The notes beneath the pieces are model-generated. The model was not told where the DNA came from. It saw only the letters and a program-made list of their open reading frames with translations, and did not search any database. Shown one piece after another: positions 17,742-26,629 of a DNA stretch of 35,328 nt. The DNA is from an uncultured Roseburia sp. GTDB taxonomy: Bacteria > Bacillota > Clostridia > Lachnospirales > Lachnospiraceae. The translations under genes were made by a program, and so were the position numbers. Where the stretch lies: NCBI GenBank assembly GCA_947385255.1, contig CANDKL010000001.1, positions 1 to 35,328 on the forward strand, given 5' to 3'. Positions within the stretch are counted from its first letter, which is position 1. Each line of letters opens with the position of its first letter.

Positions 17742-18560
17742 CTAATTTTTCTTTGTCTTCCCCATTTTCTTGGACTTTTCCACACAGCACCGCTGTGCGC
17801 TGATAACGGCATCGCGCAGCCCTTTTTCTTCCAGCTTCGCAACGGCGGCAATCGTGGTGCCGCCCGGGGAGCAGACGGCGTCCTTTAATTCACCGGGATG
17901 CCTGCCAGTTTCGAGTACCATTTTTGCGGCGCCATAAACGGATTGCGCGGCAAATTTATAAGCCTGTGCGCGCGGCATTCCGTCGGCAACGGCAGCGTCT
18001 GCCATGGCTTCGATGAAAAGATATACATAAGCCGGAGAGGAGCCGCTGACGCCTGTCACGGCGTCCATCAATGCCTCCGGTACGACCTCTGCCCTGCCGA
18101 AGCTTTCAAAAACGGCCGTGACCGTATTTAACTCATCTTCGGTTACAAGCCTGTTCGGCGAAAGGGCCGACATGGCTTCTAAAACCGTGGCAGGCGTATT
18201 GGGCATCGCGCGTATGATTTTGACGGGCTTGCCGAAATAGTCGTCTAACTTGGAGTGGCTGACGCCGGCAGCGATTGCCACAATCAGCTTTTCCTCATCC
18301 ACATCATTTCGGATTTCCTTGATGACGCTTTTGTACATATGCGGCTTTACCGCAAGGAAAATAATATCGGAGTCCTGGGCTACTTCCCGGTTGTCGGCCG
18401 TGACCCGGATGCCGTAGGCCTTTGACAGGCGGTCTAAGGTGGACTGTGAGCGTGCGCTGGCGGTAATCTGGCCGGCGGTGCAAAGCCCGGAGCTTAAAAT
18501 CCCGTTTGTCATGGCGCTGCCCATATTGCCGCAGCCGATAAATCCTATTTTTTTATCCAT
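17742..18560 (-). CDS. proC: Pyrroline-5-carboxylate reductase
   Basis: IGFIGCGNMG, LAVKP, RAMPNTP, SGSSPAY, VCSPGGTT. Confidence 0.96.
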   Translation of the reverse strand: MDKKIGFIGCGNMGSAMTNGILSSGLCTAGQITASARSQSTLDRLSKAYGIRVTADNREVAQDSDIIFLAVKPHMYKSVIKEIRNDVDEEKLIVAIAAGVSHSKLDDYFGKPVKIIRAMPNTPATVLEAMSALSPNRLVTEDELNTVTAVFESFGRAEVVPEALMDAVTGVSGSSPAYVYLFIEAMADAAVADGMPRAQAYKFAAQSVYGAAKMVLETGRHPGELKDAVCSPGGTTIAAVAKLEEKGLRDAVISAQRCCVEKSKKMGKTKKN

Positions 18561-18569
18561 AATCCTATT

Positions 18570-19364
18570 TTAGAAATCGGTGAGGTCGGCTGCCCTTCTT
18601 TCCAGGAAAGCAGTCATGCCCTCGGTTTTGTCGTGTGTAGAGCAGGTAACGCCGAATAAGTTGGCTTCCATCTCAACTGCGTTGCGGATATCCATATCAT
18701 AGCCGTTGTTGATGGCTGCTTTTGCGATGGAAACAGCGTAGCTTCCTTTGGAGATGATTTTCTTTGCCATCTTATTTGCGGTTTCCATCAGCTCTTCCTT
18801 GGCAACGACCTTGTTGACAAGGCCAATGCGGTATGCTTCGTTGGCGTCGATGTTGTCGCAGGTGAAGATCAGCTCCTTGGCGCGGCCCATGCCGACTAAG
18901 CGGGCAAGCCTCTGCGTGCCGCCAAAGCCCGGGATAATGCCGAGGCCTGTCTCCGGCTGTGCGAAGGTTGCGTTGTCGGAAGCGATGCGGATATCACATG
19001 CCATAGCGATTTCACAGCCGCCGCCGAGTGCAAAGCCGTTTACGGCGGCAATCGTAACCTGGCGCATATTCATTAATTTGAAGAACGGAACGGAAGCCTT
19101 CATACCGAACGCCCTTGCTTCTGCTGCGGAGAAATTTACCATTTCGGCAATATCTGCGCCTGCAACGAAGGACTTGAATTCATTGCCCTTCTTGTCCGGG
19201 CCGCCGGTTAAGATTACAACCTTTACGTCGTCCCTGGCTTCGATTTCGGTTAATGCTTCGTTTAATTCGTCTAATGTCTCGGAATTTAATGCGTTGAGTG
19301 CCCCCGGCCTGCTGATTTTCAAAATTGCGATCTGATCAGCAACCTCTAAAACTAAATTGTTCAT
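18570..19364 (-). CDS. crt: Short-chain enoyl-CoA hydratase (crotonase), 264 aa
   Basis: RP.ALNALN, FVAGADI, AVNGFALGGGCE, PETGLGIIPGFGGTQRL. RBS AGGAGG before ATG 19364; the ORF-track start at 19505 is too far upstream. Confidence 0.85.
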   Translation of the reverse strand: MNNLVLEVADQIAILKISRPGALNALNSETLDELNEALTEIEARDDVKVVILTGGPDKKGNEFKSFVAGADIAEMVNFSAAEARAFGMKASVPFFKLMNMRQVTIAAVNGFALGGGCEIAMACDIRIASDNATFAQPETGLGIIPGFGGTQRLARLVGMGRAKELIFTCDNIDANEAYRIGLVNKVVAKEELMETANKMAKKIISKGSYAVSIAKAAINNGYDMDIRNAVEMEANLFGVTCSTHDKTEGMTAFLERRAADLTDF

Positions 19365-19413
19365 TGGAAAAACCTCCTGTTTTGAATATTCAGATGAGAA
19401 AAGGTTCATCTGT

Positions 19414-19463
19414 CTGTTAGTGTCTGACAGGGGTATTATACACCTATTGGGAAGCTTTGACAA
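19414..19463 (-). promoter_or_regulatory. crt promoter with a downstream palindromic operator candidate
   Basis: On the minus strand: TTGTCA (19463-19458), 17 bp, TATAAT (19440-19435). Palindrome CTGTTAG-TGT-CTGACAG (19414-19430) overlaps the predicted +1. Confidence 0.6.
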
Positions 19464-19494
19464 TTGTTTCGGCAACGGTTTCTGTAATTGTTTG

Positions 19495-19693
19495 TTACTT
19501 TTCATGCGGTAGGGAAAGGATGGCCTTGGGTATTTGGGGGTATTCGATAGCGACGCTTAAGTCCGCTTCCTTCGGATCCTCCGGCACGCTCGCGCTGCGT
19601 TTTTTAGGAGCGCAAGCGCGTCAGAGGACTTAAGGGAATTCTGCTCTGGGCGTCGCTTTTGGAAAAACCCTTTCCCCACCCCATGAAAAGTAA
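19495..19693. mobile_element. MITE-like / REP-like non-autonomous element, 199 bp
   Basis: 25-bp terminal inverted repeats, TTACTTTTCATGCGGTAGGGAAAGG (19495-19519) and CCTTTCCCCACCCCATGAAAAGTAA (19669-19693), 23/25 match. Nested internal inverted repeats, no coding capacity, intergenic. Confidence 0.6.
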
Positions 19694-19798
19694 TATACCG
19701 GAAGCAAATCGCTGTTGAGCTGCCTGAAATACTCTGGCCAACGCATTTAAAAAGTAGTATACTGCATATATACCACAGAAGGAAAGGAACAAAACGCA

Positions 19799-20962
19799 AT
19801 GTGTAACTCTTACATATCCAATCTTGTAAAGCATATGCCGGATTCCGGCATCAAGGATTTTTTTGACGTGGCGAATTCGCTGGACGGGGCGCTGTCCCTT
19901 GGGGTTGGCGAGCCGGATTTTGCTACGCCTAAGCATATACGCGACGCAGCCGTTGCTTCCATCCGGCGCGCGGATACCAAATATACGGACAACCGCGGCA
20001 CGGTAGAATTAAGACAGGCCGTCGCAGAGTATCTGGAAAAGTTTGATCTGCATTATCACGGGGCGGACGAGGTGCTGATTACGATGGGCGCGAGCGAGGG
20101 GATTGACCTGGCGCTGCGTACGTTAATCAATCCCGGGGATGAGGTGCTGGTGGTGGAGCCGTGCTACGTGTCCTATGAGCCGTGCGTGGAGCTTTGCGGC
20201 GGGATTGTGGCTGCCGTCAGGACAAAGGCGTCTGACCGGTTCCGCCTGACCGCAGCGGGCCTTTTGGAAAAAATAACAGAAAAGACAAAGGTGCTTTTGA
20301 TGTCGTTTCCAAACAATCCGACCGGGGCGATTATGGAGAAGGAGGATTTGGAAGCGGTTGCCGAAATTGTAAAAGCGCACAATCTTTTCGTGATCAGCGA
20401 TGAAATTTATGCGGAGCTGACTTATGGGAAAAAGCATGTTTCTATCGCTTCCCTGCCCGGTATGGCGGAGCGCACGCTGGTTCTGAACGGATTTTCCAAG
20501 GCGTTTGCCATGACAGGCTGGCGGCTGGGGTTTGCGGCAGGCCCCAAGGACGTGATTTTTTATATGAATAAAATCCATCAGTTTACGACGATGTCGGCGG
20601 GGACAACCAGCCAGTATGCGGCCTTAGAGGCGCTAAAGAATCCGGTGCGGGAAGCGGAGCTAGAGCGTATGCGCACGGAGTATGACAAAAGACGCGGGGT
20701 GATGGTTCGGGGATTTTTGGACATGGGGCTCGACGTGGCGGTGCCGGAGGGGGCGTTTTACGTATTTCCGTCTGTGGCGCCGCTTGGCATGGACAGCCAG
20801 GAGTTTTGCAGGCAGCTTTTGCAGGAGCAGAGGGTGGCGGTCATCCCGGGAGATGCATTCGGGGCTTGCGGAGACGGGTTTGTGCGCTGCTCGTATGCGT
20901 ATTCAGAGGACGTCATACGCAAATGCCTGCAGAAGATTGCAGCATTTGTGCAAAGCAGGTAA
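19799..20962 (+). CDS. Class I/II PLP-dependent aminotransferase (PatA/YugH-like)
   Basis: SLGVGEPDF, FPNNPTG, SDEIY, PLP lysine in GFSKAFAMTGWRLG, PEGAFY. Promoter candidate TGGCCA-17-TATACT at 19735-19763. Confidence 0.92.
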   Translation: MCNSYISNLVKHMPDSGIKDFFDVANSLDGALSLGVGEPDFATPKHIRDAAVASIRRADTKYTDNRGTVELRQAVAEYLEKFDLHYHGADEVLITMGASEGIDLALRTLINPGDEVLVVEPCYVSYEPCVELCGGIVAAVRTKASDRFRLTAAGLLEKITEKTKVLLMSFPNNPTGAIMEKEDLEAVAEIVKAHNLFVISDEIYAELTYGKKHVSIASLPGMAERTLVLNGFSKAFAMTGWRLGFAAGPKDVIFYMNKIHQFTTMSAGTTSQYAALEALKNPVREAELERMRTEYDKRRGVMVRGFLDMGLDVAVPEGAFYVFPSVAPLGMDSQEFCRQLLQEQRVAVIPGDAFGACGDGFVRCSYAYSEDVIRKCLQKIAAFVQSR

Positions 20963-21027
20963 CCGTTCGGCCGGCAGCTGCGCAGCCTGCAGCTGGTAAA
21001 GCAGAACAGGCAGGGAAGGGAGACAGG

Positions 21028-22104
21028 ATGAAAATAGAAGATTATGCTTTGGGAATACTGACAGAACCGCTGCTTTGGTGGTTTGAAAACCATGCCAGGG
21101 CGCTGCCGTGGCGGAACGAGGTTACGCCGTACCGCGTATGGGTATCGGAAATTATGCTTCAGCAGACCCGGGTAGAGGCGGTAAAGCCGTATTTTGAACG
21201 GTTTGTAAAAGCGCTGCCGGATGTGGCGGCATTGGCGGAATGCGAGGAAGACATACTGTTAAAGCTGTGGGAAGGGCTTGGGTATTATAACCGCGTACGC
21301 AATATGCAGGCGGCGGCAAAGCAGGTGACGGAAGAGTACGGTGGGAAAATTCCTTCTGAATACGGTCAATTATTAAAGCTAAAGGGAATCGGGCATTATA
21401 CGGCGGGCGCGATAGCGTCAATCGCGTATGGCGTTCCGGTTCCGGCAGTCGACGGGAATGTGCTGCGCGTTCTATCCAGGGCTGCGGGCGACAACCGGGA
21501 TATTGGGAAGCCGCAGGTGCGTGCCAATATGGAAGCAGAGCTGGAAAAGGTAATTCCGAAGGGAAGGGCCGGGGCTTATAACCAGGCGTTGATGGAATTA
21601 GGCGCAACGGTCTGTGTGCCAAATGGGAAGCCGCTGTGCGCAGACTGCCCCTGGCAGAAATTTTGTATGGCAAAAAAGGAGGGCCTTACAGAAACGCTTC
21701 CGGTGAAAAGCAAGCCGGCAAAGCGAAGGATTGAAGAGAGGACGGTATTTTTGGTCCGGGAAGGAGAGCGGATTTGGATCCGAAAACGCCCGGAAAGCGG
21801 ACTTTTGGCCGGGATGTATGAATTCCCGAGCGAGCCGGGCTACCTGGATAGGAAAGCCGTGATTTCTTATGTAAAAAAACAGAGACTTGTACCGCTTCGG
21901 GTAGAGGAGATTTGTGATGCAAAGCATATTTTTTCCCATGTGGAATGGCGGATGAAGGGATATCTGGTGCGGGTAGAGCCGACGGGGCCGGAACATGAGG
22001 TTCTGTTTGCAGAGATTTCAGATTTTGGGGAAAAATATCCCATGCCGTCTGCTTTTGCAGCTTATATGAAATATCTGGGGATTACAAAACAGGGAAATGT
22101 TTAA
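21028..22104 (+). CDS. mutY: A/G-specific adenine glycosylase
   Basis: PWR, WVSEIMLQQTRV, WEGLGYY, HhH GIGHYTAGA, VDGNV.RV, Fe-S motif C-x7-C-x2-C-x5-C, HIFSH. ATG 21028 follows GGGAGA; the longer ORF-track start is spurious. Confidence 0.95.
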   Translation: MKIEDYALGILTEPLLWWFENHARALPWRNEVTPYRVWVSEIMLQQTRVEAVKPYFERFVKALPDVAALAECEEDILLKLWEGLGYYNRVRNMQAAAKQVTEEYGGKIPSEYGQLLKLKGIGHYTAGAIASIAYGVPVPAVDGNVLRVLSRAAGDNRDIGKPQVRANMEAELEKVIPKGRAGAYNQALMELGATVCVPNGKPLCADCPWQKFCMAKKEGLTETLPVKSKPAKRRIEERTVFLVREGERIWIRKRPESGLLAGMYEFPSEPGYLDRKAVISYVKKQRLVPLRVEEICDAKHIFSHVEWRMKGYLVRVEPTGPEHEVLFAEISDFGEKYPMPSAFAAYMKYLGITKQGNV

Positions 22105-22118
22105 TGGAAAAAGAGGGA

Positions 22119-22145
22119 GCCGGTGTGAAAACACCGGCCGTTTCA
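22119..22145 (+). terminator. Rho-independent terminator-like hairpin
   Basis: GCCGGTGT-GAAA-ACACCGGC after the mutY stop; short T tail. Confidence 0.6.
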
Positions 22146-22348
22146 TATGAAAAAGATCTTTAAAAGTGAAGCAACTCACTGGTTACCATAATGAGGAAAA
22201 TTGTCGTATGTTAATTCTCTTTCATCAGTAAAATCAGTATAATCATGATTTATGAAGCCCATATTTACATAATATGAGAAGTCTGTGATGAAATTGTAAA
22301 CATTCTGTGAATGCAAAAAAGAGGATTTCTTAAGGATAGGGAGATTTC

Positions 22349-22377
22349 TTGCACCGCATATGAAAAACGTGTATAAT
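22349..22377 (+). promoter_or_regulatory. sigma-A promoter for glf-GT2
   Basis: TTGCAC, 17 bp, TATAAT. Confidence 0.65.
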
Positions 22378-22418
22378 GAAACAAGCTGTTAATAAGGATC
22401 AATTTGGAGGAATAACAG

Positions 22419-23564
22419 ATGTATGACAGTATTATAATAGGTTCTGGCGCTGCCGGGAGCACTGTGGCACGTAAGCTGGCGGAGGCCGGTGAAAAGGTTC
22501 TGGTATTGGAAAAGCGGCCGCATATCGGAGGAAATTGCTATGACAGACTGGATGCGTATGGGATTTTAATTCATGAATACGGTCCGCATATTTTCCATAC
22601 AAATGAAGAGGATGTATTCCGATTTTTGTCGGAGTTTACGGACTGGCATCTGTTCGGGCATGAGGTTGTGGCAAACGTGCACGGCGAGCTGCTTCCGATT
22701 CCGTTTAATTTGAATACGCTGGCTAAGGTATACGGACAGGAGCAGGCAAAAGAGCTGGAGCAGATTTTAATCGCAGAATATGGAGCGGGAAGCCGTGTTC
22801 CGATTATGGAGCTCAAAAAAAGCGCGGAACCTAAGATCCGGGCAATTGCGGATTATGTGTATGAAAATGTGTTTCTGCATTATACGATGAAGCAGTGGGG
22901 ACAGACGCCGGAGGAAATCGATCCGGAGGTGACGGGCCGTGTGCCGGTTCTGCTTTCCCGTGACAATCGTTATTTTCAGGACAAATACCAGGGGATGCCG
23001 AAGGACGGCTATACGGCAATGTTTGAAAGGATGCTTGCACATCCGCGCATCACGGTAAAAACCTCAGCCGACTGCAGGGACTGCATGGAATTTGCAGAGA
23101 CTGGGGTACTGCTTGAGGGAACGGAATTTACGGGAAATGTGATTTACACCGGGGCGCTGGACGAGCTGTTTGGCTGTGTATATGGGCGTCTGCCATACCG
23201 TTCTCTGGATTTTCGGCTTGAGCATTTTGATAAAGAGAGCTTTCAGGGCAGGAGCGTCGTCAACTATACGGTGAGCGAGGAGTTTACCCGGATTACGGAG
23301 TTTAAATTTTTGACCGGGCAGCAGGATACGGACGGAACAACCATTGTTCGGGAGTATCCGTTCGCTTATACGGGCGCTAAGGGCGAGATTCCGTATTATG
23401 CGATTTTAAATGACAAAAACCGAGGGCTTTACCAGAAATACGCAGATCGGCTGCAATCCCTGAAAAATGTATATTTATTGGGAAGGCTTGCAGAATATAA
23501 ATATTACAATATAGATGCGATTGTGAAAAAAGCGCTGCAGCTGGCAGGCACGATAAGGAGATAG
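22419..23564 (+). CDS. glf: UDP-galactopyranose mutase
   Basis: FAD motif IIGSGAAG, HIGGNCYD, HEYGPHIFHT, YT.KQWG, LPYRSL, GRLAEYKYYN. Confidence 0.95.
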   Translation: MYDSIIIGSGAAGSTVARKLAEAGEKVLVLEKRPHIGGNCYDRLDAYGILIHEYGPHIFHTNEEDVFRFLSEFTDWHLFGHEVVANVHGELLPIPFNLNTLAKVYGQEQAKELEQILIAEYGAGSRVPIMELKKSAEPKIRAIADYVYENVFLHYTMKQWGQTPEEIDPEVTGRVPVLLSRDNRYFQDKYQGMPKDGYTAMFERMLAHPRITVKTSADCRDCMEFAETGVLLEGTEFTGNVIYTGALDELFGCVYGRLPYRSLDFRLEHFDKESFQGRSVVNYTVSEEFTRITEFKFLTGQQDTDGTTIVREYPFAYTGAKGEIPYYAILNDKNRGLYQKYADRLQSLKNVYLLGRLAEYKYYNIDAIVKKALQLAGTIRR

Positions 23565-23567
23565 AAG

Positions 23568-24584
23568 ATGAAATTATTGTCAATAGCAATTCCGTGCTAC
23601 AACTCGGAAGACTATATGGAGCACTGTATCAAATCCCTGCTTCCCGGCGGGGAGGATGTGGAGATACTGATTGTGGACGACGGGTCAAAGGACATGACGC
23701 CGGAAATTGCCGATGCCTATGAGAAGAAATATCCGGGCATTGTGCGTGCAATCCACCAGGAAAACGGCGGGCACGGCGCTGCTGTGAACGCGGGCATTCA
23801 ACATGCAAAGGGGCTGTATTTTAAGGTGGTAGACAGCGACGACTGGGTGGATTTGGACAGCTATCTGGTAATCCTGGCCAAGCTCAAGGAATTGGCAGGA
23901 GGCAGGGAAATGCTCGATATGATGATCAGTAATTTTGTGTACGAAAAAGAGGGCGCAAAGCATAAAAGGGTAATGCGGTATGCTTCCGTGCTGCCGCAGG
24001 ATCGTGTGTTTGGCTGGGAGGATGTCAGGCGATTCCATAAGGGGCAGTATATACTGATGCATTCCGTGATCTATCGGACACAGCTTTTGCGTGACTGCGG
24101 GCTGGAACTGCCGCGGCATACCTTTTATGTGGATAACCTTTTTGTATACCAGCCGCTGCCGCAGGTAAAGCATATGTATTATATGGATGTGGATTTTTAT
24201 CGGTATTTTATTGGCAGGGAGGATCAGTCCGTCAATGAAAGCGTCATGATTGGCAGGATAGACCAGCAGATAAAAGTGAATAAGATCATGGTGGATTCCT
24301 ATGATCTGTGGAAAATTCCAAATCGGAAGCTGCGGCATTATATGTTTAATTATCTGGAGATTATTACTGTAATTTCTACAGTGATGCTGATAAGATCGGG
24401 AACAAAGGAGAATCTGGAAAAGAAGCGCGAGCTGTGGAGGTATATTAAGCAGCAGGATCTCAGGCTGTTCCACCGTCTGCGGTCAGGGATCATGGGAAAT
24501 ACAATGAATCTGCCGGGAAGAGGGGGAAGGAAAATTTCAATTGCAGCTTATAAGATTTCACAGAAGGTAGTAGGATTTAATTGA
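23568..24584 (+). CDS. Glycosyltransferase family 2
   Basis: SIAIPCYN, IVDDGSKD, NGGHG.A.N.G, DxD motif VDSDD. Confidence 0.9.
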   Translation: MKLLSIAIPCYNSEDYMEHCIKSLLPGGEDVEILIVDDGSKDMTPEIADAYEKKYPGIVRAIHQENGGHGAAVNAGIQHAKGLYFKVVDSDDWVDLDSYLVILAKLKELAGGREMLDMMISNFVYEKEGAKHKRVMRYASVLPQDRVFGWEDVRRFHKGQYILMHSVIYRTQLLRDCGLELPRHTFYVDNLFVYQPLPQVKHMYYMDVDFYRYFIGREDQSVNESVMIGRIDQQIKVNKIMVDSYDLWKIPNRKLRHYMFNYLEIITVISTVMLIRSGTKENLEKKRELWRYIKQQDLRLFHRLRSGIMGNTMNLPGRGGRKISIAAYKISQKVVGFN

Positions 24585-24585
24585 G

Positions 24586-24616
24586 GGCCGGGGAGGGGAT
24601 GCTCCCCATTCCGGCC
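24586..24616. terminator. Hairpin between the convergent GT2 and SIS genes
   Basis: GGCCGG...GGGGA-TGC-TCCCC...CCGGCC; no clear U tract. Confidence 0.4.
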
Positions 24617-25347
24617 TACTTCCAATACCCATAGTAGGTATCGAACAGTTCGTTATTATAATCATCCGCCCCATCCACATTCGAGCTTTTAAATACCGGC
24701 GGCTTTTGCCCGCTTTGCACAAGCTTGTCAATTGCCGACGCAATCAGCGCCTGTGCCAGCGCGATTCCAATGGCATCGCTGGTCGGCCCGGTCGGCGTAT
24801 CCAGCCCCTCGATCCAGAATGCGGCGTCTCCCTTTTTGGCGCCGTTGTCTAACACAACGTCTGCCAGCTCATACAGCTTTTTACCGCTTGCGTGCCGGGA
24901 GGAGGTTTGCGTGGAATGCTGCATGGACGTCATGGCAATGACCTTTGCCCCAAGCTTCCTTGCTCCCAGGGCCATTTCTACAGGCACGTTGTTCCGGCCT
25001 GAATTGGAAATAATCATAATCGTATCCTTTTCGTCCACCTTGTGCAGCGACAGCATCGCTTCAGCGTAGCCGCTTAAGCGTTCCAGCCAGGTGCTTTTAT
25101 TCGGCATTTCGTGCAGCATCAGCTCCGGCGGGAGAATAGCCTTTACATAGGCAAGCCCTCCGGCGCGGATGTAAAGCTCCTCTGCAATCATGTGAGAGTG
25201 CCCGGAGCCAAAGACATAAAATCTGCCGTCGTTTTGACAGGATTCACAAACCAGCTGCGCGGCCTGTTCCAGGGCCTCCTCCTGTGTATCAATTGTCTTT
25301 TGTAAAATTTCTGCGACGTATAGCAGGTATTGCTTTGCGATGGTCAT
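24616..25347 (-). CDS. SIS-domain sugar-phosphate isomerase-like protein (UPF0309-like)
   Basis: VFGSGHSHMIAEE.Y.RAGGL, ISNSGRN, SRH.SGKKL, KGDA, PPVFKSSN.DG. Confidence 0.85.
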   Translation of the reverse strand: MTIAKQYLLYVAEILQKTIDTQEEALEQAAQLVCESCQNDGRFYVFGSGHSHMIAEELYIRAGGLAYVKAILPPELMLHEMPNKSTWLERLSGYAEAMLSLHKVDEKDTIMIISNSGRNNVPVEMALGARKLGAKVIAMTSMQHSTQTSSRHASGKKLYELADVVLDNGAKKGDAAFWIEGLDTPTGPTSDAIGIALAQALIASAIDKLVQSGQKPPVFKSSNVDGADDYNNELFDTYYGYWK

Positions 25348-25348
25348 A

Positions 25349-26629
25349 TCAATACTCCTTTCTCTGTAATTCGGCAGCCGCCTGTGCCGTAAGCGCCATC
25401 AGCCGTTCGCCCTGCCCCTTTTGAAACGGGCTGCTGAGCGCCTCGTAATAGAAATGATCGTATGCAAATTCATCTGCGAAATACCCCAGGTATCCGTTTG
25501 TATATCCGATAAAGTGCATTTGATTTCCCTGCAGCGGATTGGACAGCTCGGAAAACAGCTCGCCGGGTACGCAGACAAACACCTGCCGATTCATTTTTAC
25601 AAATGTTACGGGTACGGCGCAGGAGGTCATGGCGTAAGGATTCTGTGCCAGCGAAAGGGCAGACTGTGCGCCTTCCCTCCGGGATTCGAGTACGCGCAGC
25701 TTGGAGCTGCCGATACCGTCCTGATGGGCCTTTTGCAAGCGCTGTTCGGCTGCCGCTATCTCCTTTTGCGCTTCTTTGATGCTGCCAGGCGGCTTTACGT
25801 CCATGCGGAAGACTTTGCGTACAATTGCAAATTCCCGGATTTCTGCGGGGCGGGCGGTTTGCATAAGCCCAAGCAGCTTCTCCTCAAACATATGTCCATA
25901 GCGCATCAGCTCCCCGGCGCTGCTTTCCCTGCGGGAAAACCGGGTGGAGATATCGCCGCAGCTTCCGTTTAGGTACATGCACACAGCATAACCGTGCTGC
26001 TTCATGCGTGCGGCGACGGCTCCAGGAAAATCTGCGCTCACCCGGACGCTTTCACTGTTTAAGACGGTCGGGTGGCAGGCGTAGTGCAAAAGCATAGCCT
26101 TCCTGCCGTCCTCCTGCTCTAAAAATACGGCTGCAATGTCTGAGTTTCCCTTGAAATCCCGGCAGTTGCGGTTGTCTCCGATCTGCGTAAGCGTGCCCCG
26201 GGCACAGGATACGGCAGTCTCCTTGCAGCTTTTGAGGGCTTCCTTTAATGCCAGAAGGCTTTTTTGGGCAATATATGCGGTCAGCTTTGGATCTGTTTCA
26301 AGAAAGACGTCAAGGGCGGGCTTTAGCAGTCCCTGCCTTGTTTCCAGCACGCCGCCCGGGCCGGAATGCGTGTGGGTTGCGGTAAACAGAAAATTTTCCT
26401 GCTTTAAGCGCAGCTGCTCCATGCCTTCTTTTAGCTGGCGGAGGATTACGTCGTCCACTGCGATTAAATCATACGACAGAATGCCGTAGGTTTCGTGTTC
26501 TCTTTGATACAGAAAGACCTTTACAAAAAGGTCGTCTAATACCTCTTTTGCAATCCGCGTCCGGGCGTAGCCGGCTAAGCGCACCGGAAGCGTGGGTGTG
26601 ATGCATTGCTGTGCAAATCCTATTTTCAT
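25349..26629 (-). CDS. Neutral/alkaline ceramidase-like metal-dependent amidohydrolase
   Basis: ITP.LP..LAGY, THTHSGP, YACHPT, VSADFPG, NGSCGDIS, PGELFSE, GY.NGY..Y, YE motifs. ATG 26629 follows AAAGGAGG and overlaps the HAD stop. Confidence 0.75.
   Translation of the reverse strand: MKIGFAQQCITPTLPVRLAGYARTRIAKEVLDDLFVKVFLYQREHETYGILSYDLIAVDDVILRQLKEGMEQLRLKQENFLFTATHTHSGPGGVLETRQGLLKPALDVFLETDPKLTAYIAQKSLLALKEALKSCKETAVSCARGTLTQIGDNRNCRDFKGNSDIAAVFLEQEDGRKAMLLHYACHPTVLNSESVRVSADFPGAVAARMKQHGYAVCMYLNGSCGDISTRFSRRESSAGELMRYGHMFEEKLLGLMQTARPAEIREFAIVRKVFRMDVKPPGSIKEAQKEIAAAEQRLQKAHQDGIGSSKLRVLESRREGAQSALSLAQNPYAMTSCAVPVTFVKMNRQVFVCVPGELFSELSNPLQGNQMHFIGYTNGYLGYFADEFAYDHFYYEALSSPFQKGQGERLMALTAQAAAELQRKEY

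Noticed and set aside
19365-19505. N-terminal extension of crt in the ORF track
   Set aside because: It overlaps the promoter and the edge of the MITE-like element; the real RBS precedes ATG 19364.
19495-19693. 6S RNA or CRISPR reading of the structured 199-bp segment
   Set aside because: No repeat-spacer periodicity, no suitably placed promoter, and near-perfect 25-bp terminal repeats fit a MITE better.
20806-21027. N-terminal extension of mutY in the ORF track
   Set aside because: It overlaps the aminotransferase in another frame; MutY similarity and an RBS begin at 21028.
22140-22350. AT-rich intergenic stretch before glf with a GATTTCTT direct repeat
   Set aside because: No convincing ORF, RNA structure or recognisable operator; the repeat is too short to support.
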